The notes under the pieces are model-generated. The model made no database searches and had not been told where the DNA came from. It worked only from the letters and a program-made list of their open reading frames with translations. A program made the position numbers and the translations under genes. From positions 310,001-374,000 of the forward strand of contig JBNRSN020000194.1 of the NCBI GenBank assembly GCA_051313645.2: 64,000 nucleotides of DNA, written 5' to 3'. This stretch comes from Centroscyllium fabricii. Taxonomy: Eukaryota. Of the stretch, positions 50,101 to 64,000 are shown piece by piece (positions within the stretch are counted from its first letter, which is position 1; each line of letters opens with the position of its first letter).

Positions 50101-53100
50101 ACCCGTCCCTGACTGAGAATACTCAGGGCACCCGTCCCTTACTGAGAATACTAGGTCTACCCACCCCTGACTGAGAATACTCAGAGCACCTGCCCCTGAC
50201 TAAGAATACTAGGAGCACCCGTCCCTGACTGAGAATACTCAGAGAACCCGCCTCTGACTGAGAATACTAGGAGCACCCGCCTCTGACTGAGAATACTGAG
50301 AGCACCCGCCACTGACTGAGAATACTCGGAGCTCCCGCCCCTGACTCAGAATATTGGAGTACCCGCCCCTGACAGAGAATACTCGGAGCTCCCGCCCCTG
50401 ACTGAGAATACTTGGAACACACACCCCTGACTCAGAATACTCGCAGCACACACCCCTGACTGAGAATACTCGGGTCACCCGCCCCTGACTGAGAATACTC
50501 GGAGCACCTGCCCCTGACTGAGAATACTCGGAGCACCCGTCCCTGACTGAGAATACTCGGAGCAACCACCCCTGACTGATAATACATGGAGCATCCACCC
50601 CTGACTGAGAATACTTGGAGTAACCGCCCCTGATTGAGAATATTCGGAGCACCCGTCCATGACTGAGAATACTGAGAGCACCCGCCCCTGACTGAGGATA
50701 CTGAGAGCACCCGCCGCTGACTGAGAATACTCAGAGTACCCGCCCCTGACTGAGGATATTCAGAGCAGTCGCCCCTGACTGAGGATACTCGGAGCACCCG
50801 ACCCTGACTGAGAATAGTCGGAGTACCCGCCCCTGAATGATGATAATGAGAGCACTCGCCCCTGACTGAGGATACTTGGAGCACCTGCCTCTGACTGAGA
50901 ATACTTGGAGCACCCGCCCATGACTGAGAATACTCGGAGTACACGCACCTGACTGAGGATACTGAGAGCACCCACCCCTGACTGAGGATACTCAGGGCAC
51001 TCGCCCCTGACAGAGAAAACTCAGAGTACCCGCCCCTGACTGAGGAGACTCAGAGCACTTGCCCTTGACTGAGAATACTGAGAGCACAGGCCGCTGACTG
51101 AGATTACTCAGAGTACCCGTCCCTGACTGAGGATACTCAGAGTACCCGCCCCTGACTGAGGATACTCAGAGCACCCGCCCCTGACTGAGAATACTCGGAG
51201 CACCAGCCTCTGACTGAGAATAATAGGGGCACCCGCCCCTGAATGAGAATACTCAGACCACTCACCCCTGACTGAGTATACTCAGAGCACCTGCCCCTGA
51301 CTGAGTATACTGAGAGCACCCGCCCCTGACTGAGAATACTCGGAGCACACGCCCCTGACTGAGAATACTCGGAACACCCGCCCCTGCCTTAGAATAATCG
51401 GAGCACCCGCCCCTGACTGAGAATACTCGGAGCACCCGCCCCTGACTGATACTACTCGGAGCACCCGCCCCTGACTCAGAATGACTTTGGCAACCGGCGT
51501 GACTGAGAAACCTCGGAGCTCCCACCCCTGACTGAGTATACTCAGAGCACCCGCCACTGACTGAGAATACTCGGAGCTCCCGCCCCTGACTGAGTATACT
51601 CGGAGCACCCGGCCCTGACTGATAATACTCGGAGCACACACCCCTGACTGAGAATACTTGGAGCATCCGCTTCTGACTGAGAATATTCGGAGCACTCGCC
51701 CCTGACTGAGAATACTGAGAGCACCCGCCCCTGACTGAGGATAGTCAGAGCACCCACCACTGACTGAGAATACTGAGAGCACCCGCACCTGACTGAGCAT
51801 ACTGAGAGCACGCGCCCCTAACTGAGAATACTTAGAGCAACTGCCGCTGACTGAGAATATTGAGATCACCCGCTCCTGACTGAGAATACTGTGAGCACCC
51901 GCCCCTGACTGAGAATACTCGGAGCACACGCCCCTGACTGAGAATACTCGGAGCTCCCGCCCCTGACTCAGAATACTGAGAGCACCCGCACCTGACTGAG
52001 AATATTCGGAGCACCCGCCCCTGACTGAGAATACTGAGAGCACCAGTCCCTGACTGAGAATACTGAGAGCACCTGCCCCTGACTGAGAATACCCGGAGCA
52101 CCCGCCCCTGACTGAGAATAGAGAGAGCACCCGCCACTGACTGAGAATACTCAGAGTACCCGCCCCTGACTGAGAATACTCGGACCTCTCGCCCCTGTCT
52201 GAGAATACCCGGAGCACCCGCCCCTGACTGAAAATACTCGGATCTCCCGCCCCTGACTGAGAATCCTCGGAGCACCCGCCACTGACTGAGAATACTGAGA
52301 GCACCCGCCCCTGGCTGAGAATACCCGGAGCACCCACCCCTGACTGAGAATAGTCAGAGCACCCGCCCCTGACTGAGAATACTCGGAGCACCCGACACCG
52401 ACTGAGAATATTGAGAGCACCCGCACCTGACTGAGATTACTCTATGCACCCGTCCCTGTCTGAGAATTCTGAGAGCACACACCCCTGACTGAGAATACTC
52501 AGAGCACCCGCCCCTGACTGAGAATACTCAGAGCACCACCCCCCTGACTGAGAATACTGAGAACACCCGCCTCTGACTGAGAATATTTGGAGTACCCTCC
52601 CCTGACTGAGAATACTCGGAGCACCCGCCGCTGACTGAGAATATTCAGAGCACCCACCCCTGACTGATAATACTCGGAGCACCCGACCCTGACTGAGAAT
52701 ACTCAGAGCACCCGCCCCTGACTGAGAATACTCAGAGCACTCGCCCCTGACTGCGAATACTTGGTGAACCCGCCCCTGACTCAGAATACTTGGAGTACCC
52801 GTCCCTGACTGAGAATACTCAGGGCACCCGTCCCTGACTGAGAATAGTAGGCCTAACCGCCCCTGACTGAGAATACTCAGAGCACCTGCCCCTGACTAAG
52901 AATACTAGGAGCACCCGTCCCTGACTGAGAATACTCAGAGAACCCGCCTCTGACTGAGAATACTAGGAGCACCCGCCTCTGACTGAGAATACTGAGAGCA
53001 CCCACCACTGACTGAGAATACTCGGAGCTCCCACCCCTGACTCAGAATACTTGGAGTACCCGCCCCTGACAGAGAATACTCGGAGCTCCCGCCCCTGACT

Positions 53101-54679
53101 GAGAATACTTGGAACACACTCCCCTGACTCAGAATACTCGCAGCACACACCCCTGACTGAGAATACTCGGGTCACCCGCCCCTGACTGAGAATACTCGGA
53201 GCACCCGCCCCTGACAGAGAATACTCGGAGCTCCCGCCCCTGACTGAGAATACTTGGAACACACACCCCTGACTCAGAATACTCGCAGCACACACCCCTG
53301 ACTGAGAATACTCGGGTCACCCGCCCCTGACTGAGAATACTGAGAGCACCCGCCCCTGACTGAGGATACTGAGGGCACCCGCCGCTGACTGAGAATACTC
53401 AGAGTACCCGCCCCTGACTGAGGATATTCAGAGCAGTCGCCCCTGACTGAGGATACTCGGAGCACCCGACCCTGACTGAGAATAGTCGGAGTACCCGCCC
53501 CTGAATGATGATAATGAGAGCACTCGCCCCTGACTGAGGATACTTGGAGCACCTGCCTCTGACTGAGAATACTTGGAGCACCCGCCCATGACTGAGAATA
53601 CTCGGAGTACACGCACCTGACTGAGGATACTGAGAGCACCCACCCCTGACTGAGGATACTCAGGGCACTCGCCCCTGACAGAGAAAACTCAGAGTACCCG
53701 CCCCTGACTGAGGAGACTCAGAGCACTTGCCCTTGACTGAGAATACTGAGAGCACAGGCCGCTGACTGAGATTACTCAGAGTACCCGTCCCTGACTGAGG
53801 ATAGTCAGAGCACCCACCACTGACTGAGAATACTGAGAGCACCCGCACCTGACTGAGCATACTGAGAGCAACTGCCCCTGACTGAGAATATTGAGATCAC
53901 CCGCTCCTGACTGAGAATACTGTGAGCACCCGCCCCTGACTGAGAATAATCGGAGCACACGCCCCTGACTGAGAATACTCGGAGCTCCCGCCCCTGACTC
54001 AGAATACTGAGAGCACCCGCACCTGACTGAGAATACTCGGAGCACCAGTCCCTGACTGAGAATACTGAGAGCACCTGCCCCTGACTGAGAATACCCGGAG
54101 CACCCGCCCCTGACTGAGAATAGAGAGAGCACCCGCCCCTGACTGAGAATACTCAGAGTACCCGCCCCTGACTGAGAATACTCAGACCTCTCGCCCCTGA
54201 CTGAGAATACTCGGAGCACCCGCCCCTGATTTCGAATAATCGGAGCACCCGCCCCTGACTGAGAATACTCGGGGCACCTGCCCCTGACTGATACTACTCG
54301 GAGCACCCGCCACGACTCAGAATGCCTTTGGCACCCGACGTGACTGAGAATACTCGGAGCTCCCGCCCCTGACTGAGAATACTCGGAGCACCCGCCACCG
54401 ACTGAGAATATTGAGAGCACCCGCCCTGGACTGAAATTACTCGGAGCACCCGTCCCTGTCTGAGAATACTGAGAGCACACACCCCTGACTGAGAATACTC
54501 AGAGCACCCGCCCCTGACTGAGAATACTCAGAGCACCACCCCCATGACTGAGTATACTGAGAATACCCGCCTCTGACTGAGAATATTTGGAGTACCCTCC
54601 CCTGACTGAGAATACTCGGAGCACCCGCACTTGACTGAGATTACTCGGAGCACCCTTCCCTGTCTGACAATACTGAGAG

Positions 54680-57600
54680 CACACACCCCTGACTGAGAAT
54701 ACTCAGAACACCCGCCCCTGACTGAGAATAATCAGAGCACCAACCCCCCGACTGAGAATACTGAAAACACCCGCCGCTGACTGAGAATATTTGGAGTACC
54801 CTCCCCTGACTGAGAATACTCGGAGCACCCGCCCCTGACTGAGAATATTCAGAGCACCCACCCCTGACTGAGAATACTCAGAGCACTCGCCCCTGACTGC
54901 AAATACTTGGTGAACCCGCCCCTGACTCAGAATACTTGGAGTACCCGTCCCTGACTGAGAATAATCAGGGCACCCGTCCCTGACTGAGAATACTAGGACT
55001 ACCCGCCCCTGACTGAGAATACTCAGAGCACCTGCCCCTGACTAAGAATACTAGGAAAACCCGTCCCTGACTGAGAATACTCAGAGAACCCGCCTCTGAC
55101 TGAGAATACTAGGAGCACCCGCCTCTGACTGAGAATACTGAGAGCACCCGCCACTGACTGAGAATACTCGGAGCTCCCGCCCCTGACTCAGAATACTTGG
55201 AGTACCCGCCCCTGACAGAGAATACTCGGAGCTCCCGCCCCTGACTGAGAATACTTGGAACACACACCCCTGACTCAGAATACTCGCAGCACACACCCCT
55301 GACTGAGAATACTCGGGTCACCCGCCCCTGACTGAGAATACTCGGAGCACCTGCCCCTGACTGAGAATACTCGGAGCACCCATCCCTGACTGAGAATACT
55401 CGTAAGCACTCACCCCTGACTGATAATACTTGGAGCATCCACCCCTGACTGAGAATACTTGGAGTAACCGCCCCTGATTGAGAATATTCGGAGCACCCGC
55501 CCCTGACTGAGAATACTGAGAGAACCCGCCCCTGACTGAGGATACTGAGAGCACCCGCCGCTGACTGAGAATATTCAGAGTACCCGCCCCTGACTGAGGA
55601 TATTCAGAGCAGTCGCCCCTGACTGAGGATACTCGGAGCACCCGCCCCTGACTGAGAATAGTCAGAGTACCCACCCCTGACTGATGATAATGAGAGCACT
55701 CGCCCCTGACTGAGGATACTTGGAGCACCTGCCTCTGACTTAGAATACTTGGAGCACCCGCCCATGACTGAGAATACTCGGAGTACACGCGCCTGACTGA
55801 GGATACTGAGAGCACCCACCCCTGACTGAGGATACTCAGGGCACTCGCCCCTGACAGAGAAAACTCAGAGTACCCGCCCCTGACTGAGGAGACTCAGAGC
55901 ACTTGCCCTTGACTGAGAATACTGAGAGCAAAGGCCCCTGACTGAGATTACTCAGAGTACCCGTCCCTGACTGAGGATACTCAGAGTACCCGCCCCTGAC
56001 TGAGGATACTCAGAGCACCCGCCCCTGACTGAGAATACTCGGAGCACCAGCCTCTGACTGAGAATAATAGGGGCACCCGCCCCTGAATGAGAATACTCAG
56101 ACCACTCACCCCTGACTGAGAATACTCAGAGCACCCGCCCCTGACTGAGTATACTGAGAGCATCCGCCCCTGACTGAGAAAACTCGGAGCACCCACCCCT
56201 GACTGAGAATACTCGGAACACCCGTCCTGACTTAGAATAATCGGAGCACCCGCCCCTGACTGAGAATACTCGGAGCACACGCCCCTGACTGATACTACTC
56301 GGATCACCCGCCCCTGACACAGAATGCAATTGGCAACCAGCGTGACTGAGAAACCTCGGAGCTCCCACCCCTGACTGAGTATACTCAGAGCACCCGCGCC
56401 TGACTGAGAATACTCGGAGCTCCCGCCCCTGACTGAGTATACTCGGAGCACCCGCCTCTTACTGAGAATATTCGGAGCACTCGCCCCTGACTGAGAATAC
56501 TGAGAGCACCCGCCCCTGACTGAGGATAGTCAGAGCACCCACCCCTGACTGAGAATACTGAGAGCATCCGCACCTGACTGAGCATACTGAGAGCACGCGC
56601 CCCTAAGTGAGAATACTTAGAGCAACTGCCCCTGACTGAGAATATTGAGATCACCAGCACCTGACTGAGAATACTGTGAGCACCCGCCCCTGACTGAGAA
56701 TACTCGGAGCACACGCCCCTGACTGAGAATACTCGGAGCTCCCGCCCCTGACTCAGAATACTGAGAGCACCCGCACCTGACTGAGAATACTCGGAGCACC
56801 CGCCCCTGACTGAGAATACTGAGAGCACCAGTCCCTGACTGAGAATACTGAGAGCACCTGCCCCTGACTGAGAATACCCGGAGCACCCGCCCCTGACTGA
56901 GTATACTGAGAGCACCCGCCCCTGGCTGAGAATACTCAGAGCACCCGCCCCTGACTGAGAATACTCGGAACACCCGCCCCTGATTTAGAATAATCGGAGC
57001 ACCCTCCCCTGACTGAGAATACTCGGAGCACCCGCCCCTGACTGATACTACTCGGAGCACCCGCCCCTGACTCAGAATGCCTTTGGCAACCGGCGTGACT
57101 GAGAATACTCGGAGCTCCCACCCCTGACTGAGTATACTCAGAGCACCCGCCCCTGACTGAGAATACTCGGAGCTCCCGCCCCTGACTGAGTATACTCGGA
57201 GCACCCGCCCCTGACTGAGAATACTCGGAGCACACACCCCTGACTGAGAATACTTGGAGCACCCGCCTCTGACTGAGAATATTCGGAGCACTCGCCCCTG
57301 ACTGAGAATACTGAGAGCACCCGCCCCTGACTGAGGATAGTCAGAGCACCCACCCCTGACTGAGAATACTGAGAGCACCCGCACCTGACTGAGCATACTG
57401 AGAGCACGCGTCCCTGACTGAGAATACTTAGAGCAACTGCCCCTGACTGAGAATATTGAGATCACCTGCTCCTGACTGAGAATACTGTGAGCACCCGCCC
57501 CTGACTGAGAATACTCGGAGCACACGCCCCTGACTGAGAATACTCGGAGCTCCCACCCCTGACTCAGAATACTGAGAGCACCCGCACCTGACTGAGAATA

Positions 57601-60600
57601 CTCGGAGCACCCGCCCATGACTGAGAATACTGAGAGCACCAGTCCCTGACTGAGAATACTGAGAGCACCTGCCCCTGACTGAGAATACCCGGAGCACCCG
57701 CCCCTGACTGAGAATAGAGAGAGCACCCGCCCCTGACTGAGAATACTAGGAGTACCCGCCCCTGACAGAGAATATTCGGACCTCTCGCCCCTGACTGAAA
57801 ATACTCGGAGCACCCGCCCCTGACTGAGAATACTCGGGGCACCTGCCCCTGACTGATACTACTCGGAGCACCCACCCCGACTCAGAATGCCTTTGGCACC
57901 CGGCGTGACGGAGAATACTCGGAGCTCCCACCCATGACTGAATATACTCGGAGCACCCGCCCCTGACTGAGAATACTTGGAGCACACAACCCTAACTGAG
58001 AATACTTGGATCCCCCGCCCCTGACTGAGAATATTCAGAGCACTCGCCCCTGACTGAGAATACTGAGAGCACCCGCCCCTGACTGAGGATACTCAGAGCA
58101 CCCGCCCCTGACTGAGAATACTCGGAGCTCCCGCACCTGACTGAGTATACTCGGAGCACCCGCCCCTGACTGAGAATACTCGGAGCACGCGCCCCTGTCT
58201 GTGAATACTCAGAGCACCCGCCCCTGACTGAGTATACAGAGAGCACCCGCCCCTGACTGAGAATACTCGGAGCACCCGCCCCTGACTGAGAATACTCGGA
58301 GCACCCGCACCTGACTTAGAACAATCGGAGCACCCGCCCCTGACTGAGAATACTCGGAGCACCCGCACCTGACTCAGAATGCCTTTGGCACCCGGCGTGA
58401 CTGAGAATACTCGGAGCTCCCACCCCTGACTGAGTATACTCAGAGCACCCGCCCCTGACTTAGAATACTTGGAGCTCCCGCCCCTGACTGAATATACTCG
58501 GAGCACCCGCCCCTGACTGAGAATACCCGGAGCACACACCTCTGACTGAGAAAACTTGGAGCACCCGCCCCTGACTGAGAATATTCGGAGCACTAGACCC
58601 TGACTGAGAATACTGAGAGCACCTGCCCCTGACTGAGAATTTTGAGAGCACCCGCCTTTGACTGATAATACTGTGAGCACCCGCCCTGTCTGAGAATACC
58701 CGGAGCACCCGCCCCTGACTGAAAATACTCGGATCACCCGCCCCTGACTGAGAATACTCGGAGCACCCGCCATTGACTGAGAATACTGAGAGCACCCGCA
58801 CCTGGCTGAGAATACCCGGAGCACCCCCACCTGACTGAGAATAGTCAGAGCACCCGCCCCTGACTGAGAATACTCGGAGCACCCGCCACCGACTGAGAAT
58901 ATTGAGAGCACCCGCACTTGACTGAGATTACTCGGAGCACCCGTCCCTGTCTGAGAATACTGAGAGCACACACCCCTGACTGAGAATACTCAGAGCACCC
59001 GCCCCTGACTGAGAATACTCAGAGCACCAACCCCCTGACTGAGAATACTGAGAACACCCGCCGCTGACTGAGAATATTTGGAGTACCCTCCCCTGACTGA
59101 GAATACTCGGAGCACCCGCCCCTGACTGAGAATATTCAGAGCACCCACCCCTGACTGAGAATACTCAGAGCACTCGCCCCTGACTGCGAATACTTGGTGA
59201 ACCCGCCCCTGACTCAGAATACTTGGAGTACCCGTCCCTGACTGAGAATACTCAGGGCACCCGTCCCTGACTGAGAATACTAGGACTACCCGCCCCTGAC
59301 TGAGAATACTCAGAGCACCTGCCCCTGACTAAGAATACTAGGAAAACCCGTCCCTGACTGAGAATACTCAGAGAACCCGCCTCTGACTGAGAATACTAGG
59401 AGCACCCGCCTCTGACTGAGAATACTGAGAGCACCCGCCACTGACTGAGAATACTCGGAGCTCCCGCCCCTGACTCAGAATACTTGGAGTACCCGCCCCT
59501 GACAGAGAATACTCGGAGCTCCCGCCCCTGACTGAGAATACTTGGAACACACACCCCTGACTCAGAATACTCGCAGCACACACCACTGACTGAGAATACT
59601 CGGGTCACCCGCCCCTGACTGAGAATACTCGGAGCACCTGCCCCTGACTGAGAATACTCGGAGCACCCATCCCTGACTGAGAATACTCGTAAGCACTCAC
59701 CCCTGACTGATAATACTTGGAGCATCCACCCCTGACTGAGAATACTTGGAGTAACCGCCCCTGATTGAGAATATTCGGAGCACCCGCCCCTGACTGAGAA
59801 TACTGAGAGAACCCGCCCCTGACTGAGGATACTGAGAGCACCCGCCGCTGACTGAGAATACTCAGAGTACCCGCCCCTGACTGAGGATATTCAGAGCAGT
59901 CGCCCCTGACTGTGGATACTCGGAGCACCCGCCCCTGACTGAGAATAGTCAGAGTACCCACCCCTGACTGATGATAATGAGAGCACTCGCCCCTGACTGA
60001 GGATACTTGGAGCACCTGCCTCTGACTTAGAATACTTGGAGCACCCGCCCATGACTGAGAATACTCGGATTACACGCACCTGACTGAGGATACTGAGAGC
60101 ACCCACCCCTGACTGAGGATACTCAGGGCACTCGCCCCTGACAGAGAAAACTCAGAGTACCCGCCCCTGACTGAGGAGACTCGGAGCACTTGCCCTTGAC
60201 TGAGAATACTGAGAGCAAAGGCCCCTGACTGAGATTACTCAGAGTACACGTCCCTGACTGAGGATACTCAGAGTACCCGCCCCTGACTGAGGATACTCAG
60301 AGCACCCGCCCCTGACTGAGAATACTCGGAGCACCAGCCTCTGACTGAGAATAATAGTGGCACCCGCCCCTGAATGAGAATACTCAGACCACTCACCCCT
60401 GACTGAGAATACTCAGAGCACCCGCCCCTGACTGAGTATACTGGGAGCACCCGCCCCTGACTGAGAAAACTCGGAGCACCCGCCCCTGACTGAGAATACT
60501 CGGAACACCCGTCCTGACTTAGAATAATCGGAGCACGCGCCCCTGACTGAGAATACTAGGAGCACCCGCCCCTGACTGATACTACTCGGATCACCCGCCC

Positions 60601-60750
60601 CTGACACAGAATGTAATTGGCAACCAGCGTGACTGAGAAACCTCGGAGCTCCCACCCCTGACTGAGTATACTCAGAGCACCCGCGCCTGACTGAGAATAC
60701 TCGGAGCTCCCGCCCCGACTGAGTATACTCGGAGCACCCGCCTCTGACTG
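54680..60750. repeat. Satellite block repeated at offset 4,287
   Basis: Matching patterns at 55081/59368, 55604/59891 and 55981/60268. Boundaries are approximate. Confidence 0.75.
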
Positions 60751-63700
60751 AGAATATTCGGAGCACTCGCCCCTGACTGAGAATACTGAGAGCACCCGCC
60801 CCTGACTGAGGATAGTCAGAGCACCCACCCCTGACTGAGAATACTGAGAGCACCCGCACCTGACTGAGCATACTGAGAGCACGCGCCCCTAAGTGAGAAT
60901 ACTTAGAGCAACTGCCCCTGACTGAGAATATTGAGATCACCCGCACCTGACTGAGAATACTGTGAGCACCCGCCCCTGACTGAGAATACTCGGAGCACAC
61001 GCCCCTGACTGAGAATACTGAGAGCACCAGTCCCTGACTGAGAATACTGAGAGCACCTGCCCCTGACTGAGAATACCCGGAGCAACCGCCCCTGACTGAG
61101 AATAGAGAGAGCACCCGCCCCTGACAGAGAATACTCGGAGTACCCGCCCCTGACTGAGAATACTCGGACCTCTCGCCCCTGACTGAGAATACTCGGAGCA
61201 CCCGCCCCTGACTTCGAATAATCGGAGCACCCGCCCCTGACTGAGAATACTCGGGGCACCTGCCCCTGACTGATACTACTCGGAGCACCCGCCCCGACTC
61301 AGAATGCCTTTGGCACCTGACGTGACTGAGAATATTCGGAGCTCCCGCACCTGACTGAGAATACTCGGAGCACCCGCCACCGACTGAGAATATTGAGACC
61401 ACCCGCGACGGACTGAGATTACTCGGAGCACCCGTCCCTGTCTGAGAATACTGAGAGCACACACCCCTGACTGAGAATACTCAGAGTACCCGCCCCTGAC
61501 TGAGAATACTCAGAGCACCACCCCCCTGACTGAGAATACTGAGAACACCAGCTTCTGACTGAGAATATTTGGAGTACCCTCACTTGACTGAGAATATTCA
61601 GAGCACCCACCCCTGACTGAGAATACTCGGAGCACCCGACCCTGACTGAGAATATTCAGAGCACCCGCCCCTGACTGAGAATACTCAGAGCACTTGCCCC
61701 TGACTGCGAATACTTGGTGTACCCGCCCCTGACTCAGAATACTTGGAGTACCCGTCCCTGACTGAGAATACTCAGGGCACCCGTCCATGACTGAGAATAC
61801 AAGGACTACCCGCCCCTGACTGAGAATACTCAGAGCACCTGCCCCTGACTAAGAATACTAGGAGCACCCATCCCTGACTGAGAATACTCGGAGCACCCGC
61901 CTCTGACTGAGAATACTAGGAGCACCCGCCTCTGACTGAGAATACTGAGAGCACCCACCACTGACTGAGAAAACTCGGAGCTCCCGCCCCCGACTCAGAA
62001 TACTTGGAGTACCCGCCCCTGACAGAGAATACTCGGAGCTCCCGCCCCTGACTGAGAATACTTGGAACACACACCCCTGACTCAGAATACTCGCAGCACA
62101 CACCCCTGACTGAGAATACTCGGGTCACCCGCTCCTGACTGAGAATACTCGGAGCACCTGCCCCTGACTGAGAATACTCGGAGCACCCGTCCCTGACTGA
62201 GAATACTCGGAGCACCCACCCCTGACTGATAATACTTGGAGCATCCACCCCTGACTGAGAATACTTGGAGTAACCGCCCCTGATTGAGAATATTCGGAGC
62301 ACCCGCCCCTGACTGAGAATACAGAGAGAACCCGCCCCTGACTGAGGATACTGAGAGCACCCGCCGCTGACTGAGAATACTCAGAGTACCCGCCGCTGAC
62401 TGAGGATATTCAGAGCAGTCGCCCCTGACTGAGGATACTTGGAGCACGCGCCCCTGACTGAGAATAGTCGGAGTACCCGCCCCTGACTGATGATACTGAG
62501 AGCACTCGCCCCTGCCTGAGGATACTTGGAGCACCAGCCTCTGACTGAGAATACTTGGAGCACATGCCAATGACTGAGAATACTCGGAGTACACGCACCT
62601 GACTGAGGATACTGAGAGCACCCACCACTGACTGAGGATACTCAGGGCACTCGCCCCTGACAGAGGAAACTCAGAGTACCCGCCCCTGACTGAGGAGACT
62701 CAGAGCACTTGCCCTTGACTGAGAATACTGAGGGCACCCGCCGCTGACTGAGATTACTCAGAGTACCCGTCCCTGACTGAGGATACTCAGAGTACCCTCC
62801 CCTGACTGAGGATACTCAGAGCACCCGCCCCTGACTGAGAATACTCGGAGCACCAGCCTCTGACTGAGAATAATCGGGGCACCCGCCCCTGAATGAGAAT
62901 ACTCAGACCACTCACCCCTGACTGAGAATACTCAGAGCACCCGCCCCTGACTGAGTATACTGAGAGCACCCGCCCCTGACTGAGAATACTCAGAACACCC
63001 GCCCCTGAGAATACTCGGAACACCCGCCCCTGACTTAGAATAATCGGAGCACCCGCCCCTGACTGAGAATACTCGGAGCACCCGCCACTGACTGATACTA
63101 CTCGGAGCACCCGCCCCTGACTCAGATTGCCTTTGGCAACCGGCGTGACTGAGAATACTCGGAGCTCCCACCCCTGACTGAGTATATTCAGAGCACCCGC
63201 CCCTGACTGAGAATACTCGGAGCTCCCGCCCCTGACTGAGTATACTCAGACCACTCACCCCTGACTGAGAATACTCAGAGCACCCGCCCCTGACTGAGTA
63301 TACTGAGAGCACCCGCCCCTGACTGAGAATACTCAGAGCACCCGCCCCTGAGAATACTCGGAACACCCGCCCCTGACTTAGAATAATCGGAGCACCCGCC
63401 CATGACTGAGAATACTCGGAGCACCCGCCACTGACTGATACTACTCGGAGCACCCGCCCCTGACTCAGAATGCGTTTGGCAACCGGCGTGACTGAGAATA
63501 CTCGGAGCTCCCACCCCTGACTGAGTATACTCAGAGCACCCGCCCCTGACTGAGAATACTCGGAGCTCCCGCCCCTGACTGAGTATACTCGGAGCACCCG
63601 CCCCTGACTGAGAATACTCGGAGCACACACCCCTGACTGAGAATACTTGGAGCACCCGCCTCTGACTGAGAATATTCGGAGCACTCGCCCCTGACTGAGA

Positions 63701-64000
63701 ATACTGAGAGCACCCGCCCCTGACTGAGGATAGTCAGAGCACCCACCCCTGACTGAGAATACTGAGAGCACCCGCACCTGACTGAGCATACTGAGAGCAC
63801 GCGCCCCTGACTGAGAATACTTAGAGCAACTGCCCCTGACTGAGAATATTGAGATCACCTGCTCCTGACTGAGAATACTGTGAGCACCCGCCCCTGACTG
63901 AGAATACTCGGAGCACACGCCCCTGACTGAGAATACTCGGAGCTCCCACCCCTGACTCAGAATACTGAGAGCACCCGCACCTGACTGAGAATACTCGGAG

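Larger units (their letters stand above)
13469..64000. repeat. 29-bp tandem satellite array (~50.5 kb, roughly 1,740 monomers), continuing to the window end
   Basis: Same monomer and orientation throughout, with no non-satellite interruption seen. Occasional 28-nt and 25-nt deletion monomers. Confidence 0.98.

Noticed and set aside
390-63918. Hundreds of minus-strand ORFs (SILSQGRVLRVFSVRGG...) as protein genes
   Set aside because: They are translations of the satellite in all three frames. The period of 29 is not a multiple of 3, and stops and indels fall at random.
1-64000. CRISPR array (29-bp partly palindromic repeats)
   Set aside because: Monomers are directly adjacent with no unique spacers, there are no cas genes, and the context is eukaryotic.

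Overview
About 84% of this window (1-3384 and 13469-64000) is a eukaryotic 29-bp tandem satellite (consensus CCCGCCCCTGACTGAGAATACTCGGAGCA). It is built from irregular kb-scale higher-order duplications, and nearly all minus-strand ORFs in the track are artefacts of this repeat. Inserted into it is one young 10,084-bp retrovirus-like provirus (3385-13468, + strand) with a 4-bp AGAG target-site duplication and 1,807-bp LTRs that differ at only about 9 positions. It has a probable tRNA-Arg primer-binding site overlapping the gag ATG and a coiled-coil/CCHC gag. Pol is in frame behind a single UGA-CUA readthrough codon. Pol carries a spuma/loki-like RT, a degenerate Ty3-like RNase H tether and a second, active retroviral RNase H, an architecture that best fits lokiretrovirus-like elements (inference; needs a phylogeny). 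The integrase lacks its whole catalytic core, apparently through an in-frame deletion, yet keeps a long repetitive tail with a candidate chromatin-binding motif. There is no env. The LTRs contain several structured RNA elements and a candidate LTR-internal intron. The host cannot be identified from the sequence; it is probably a vertebrate.
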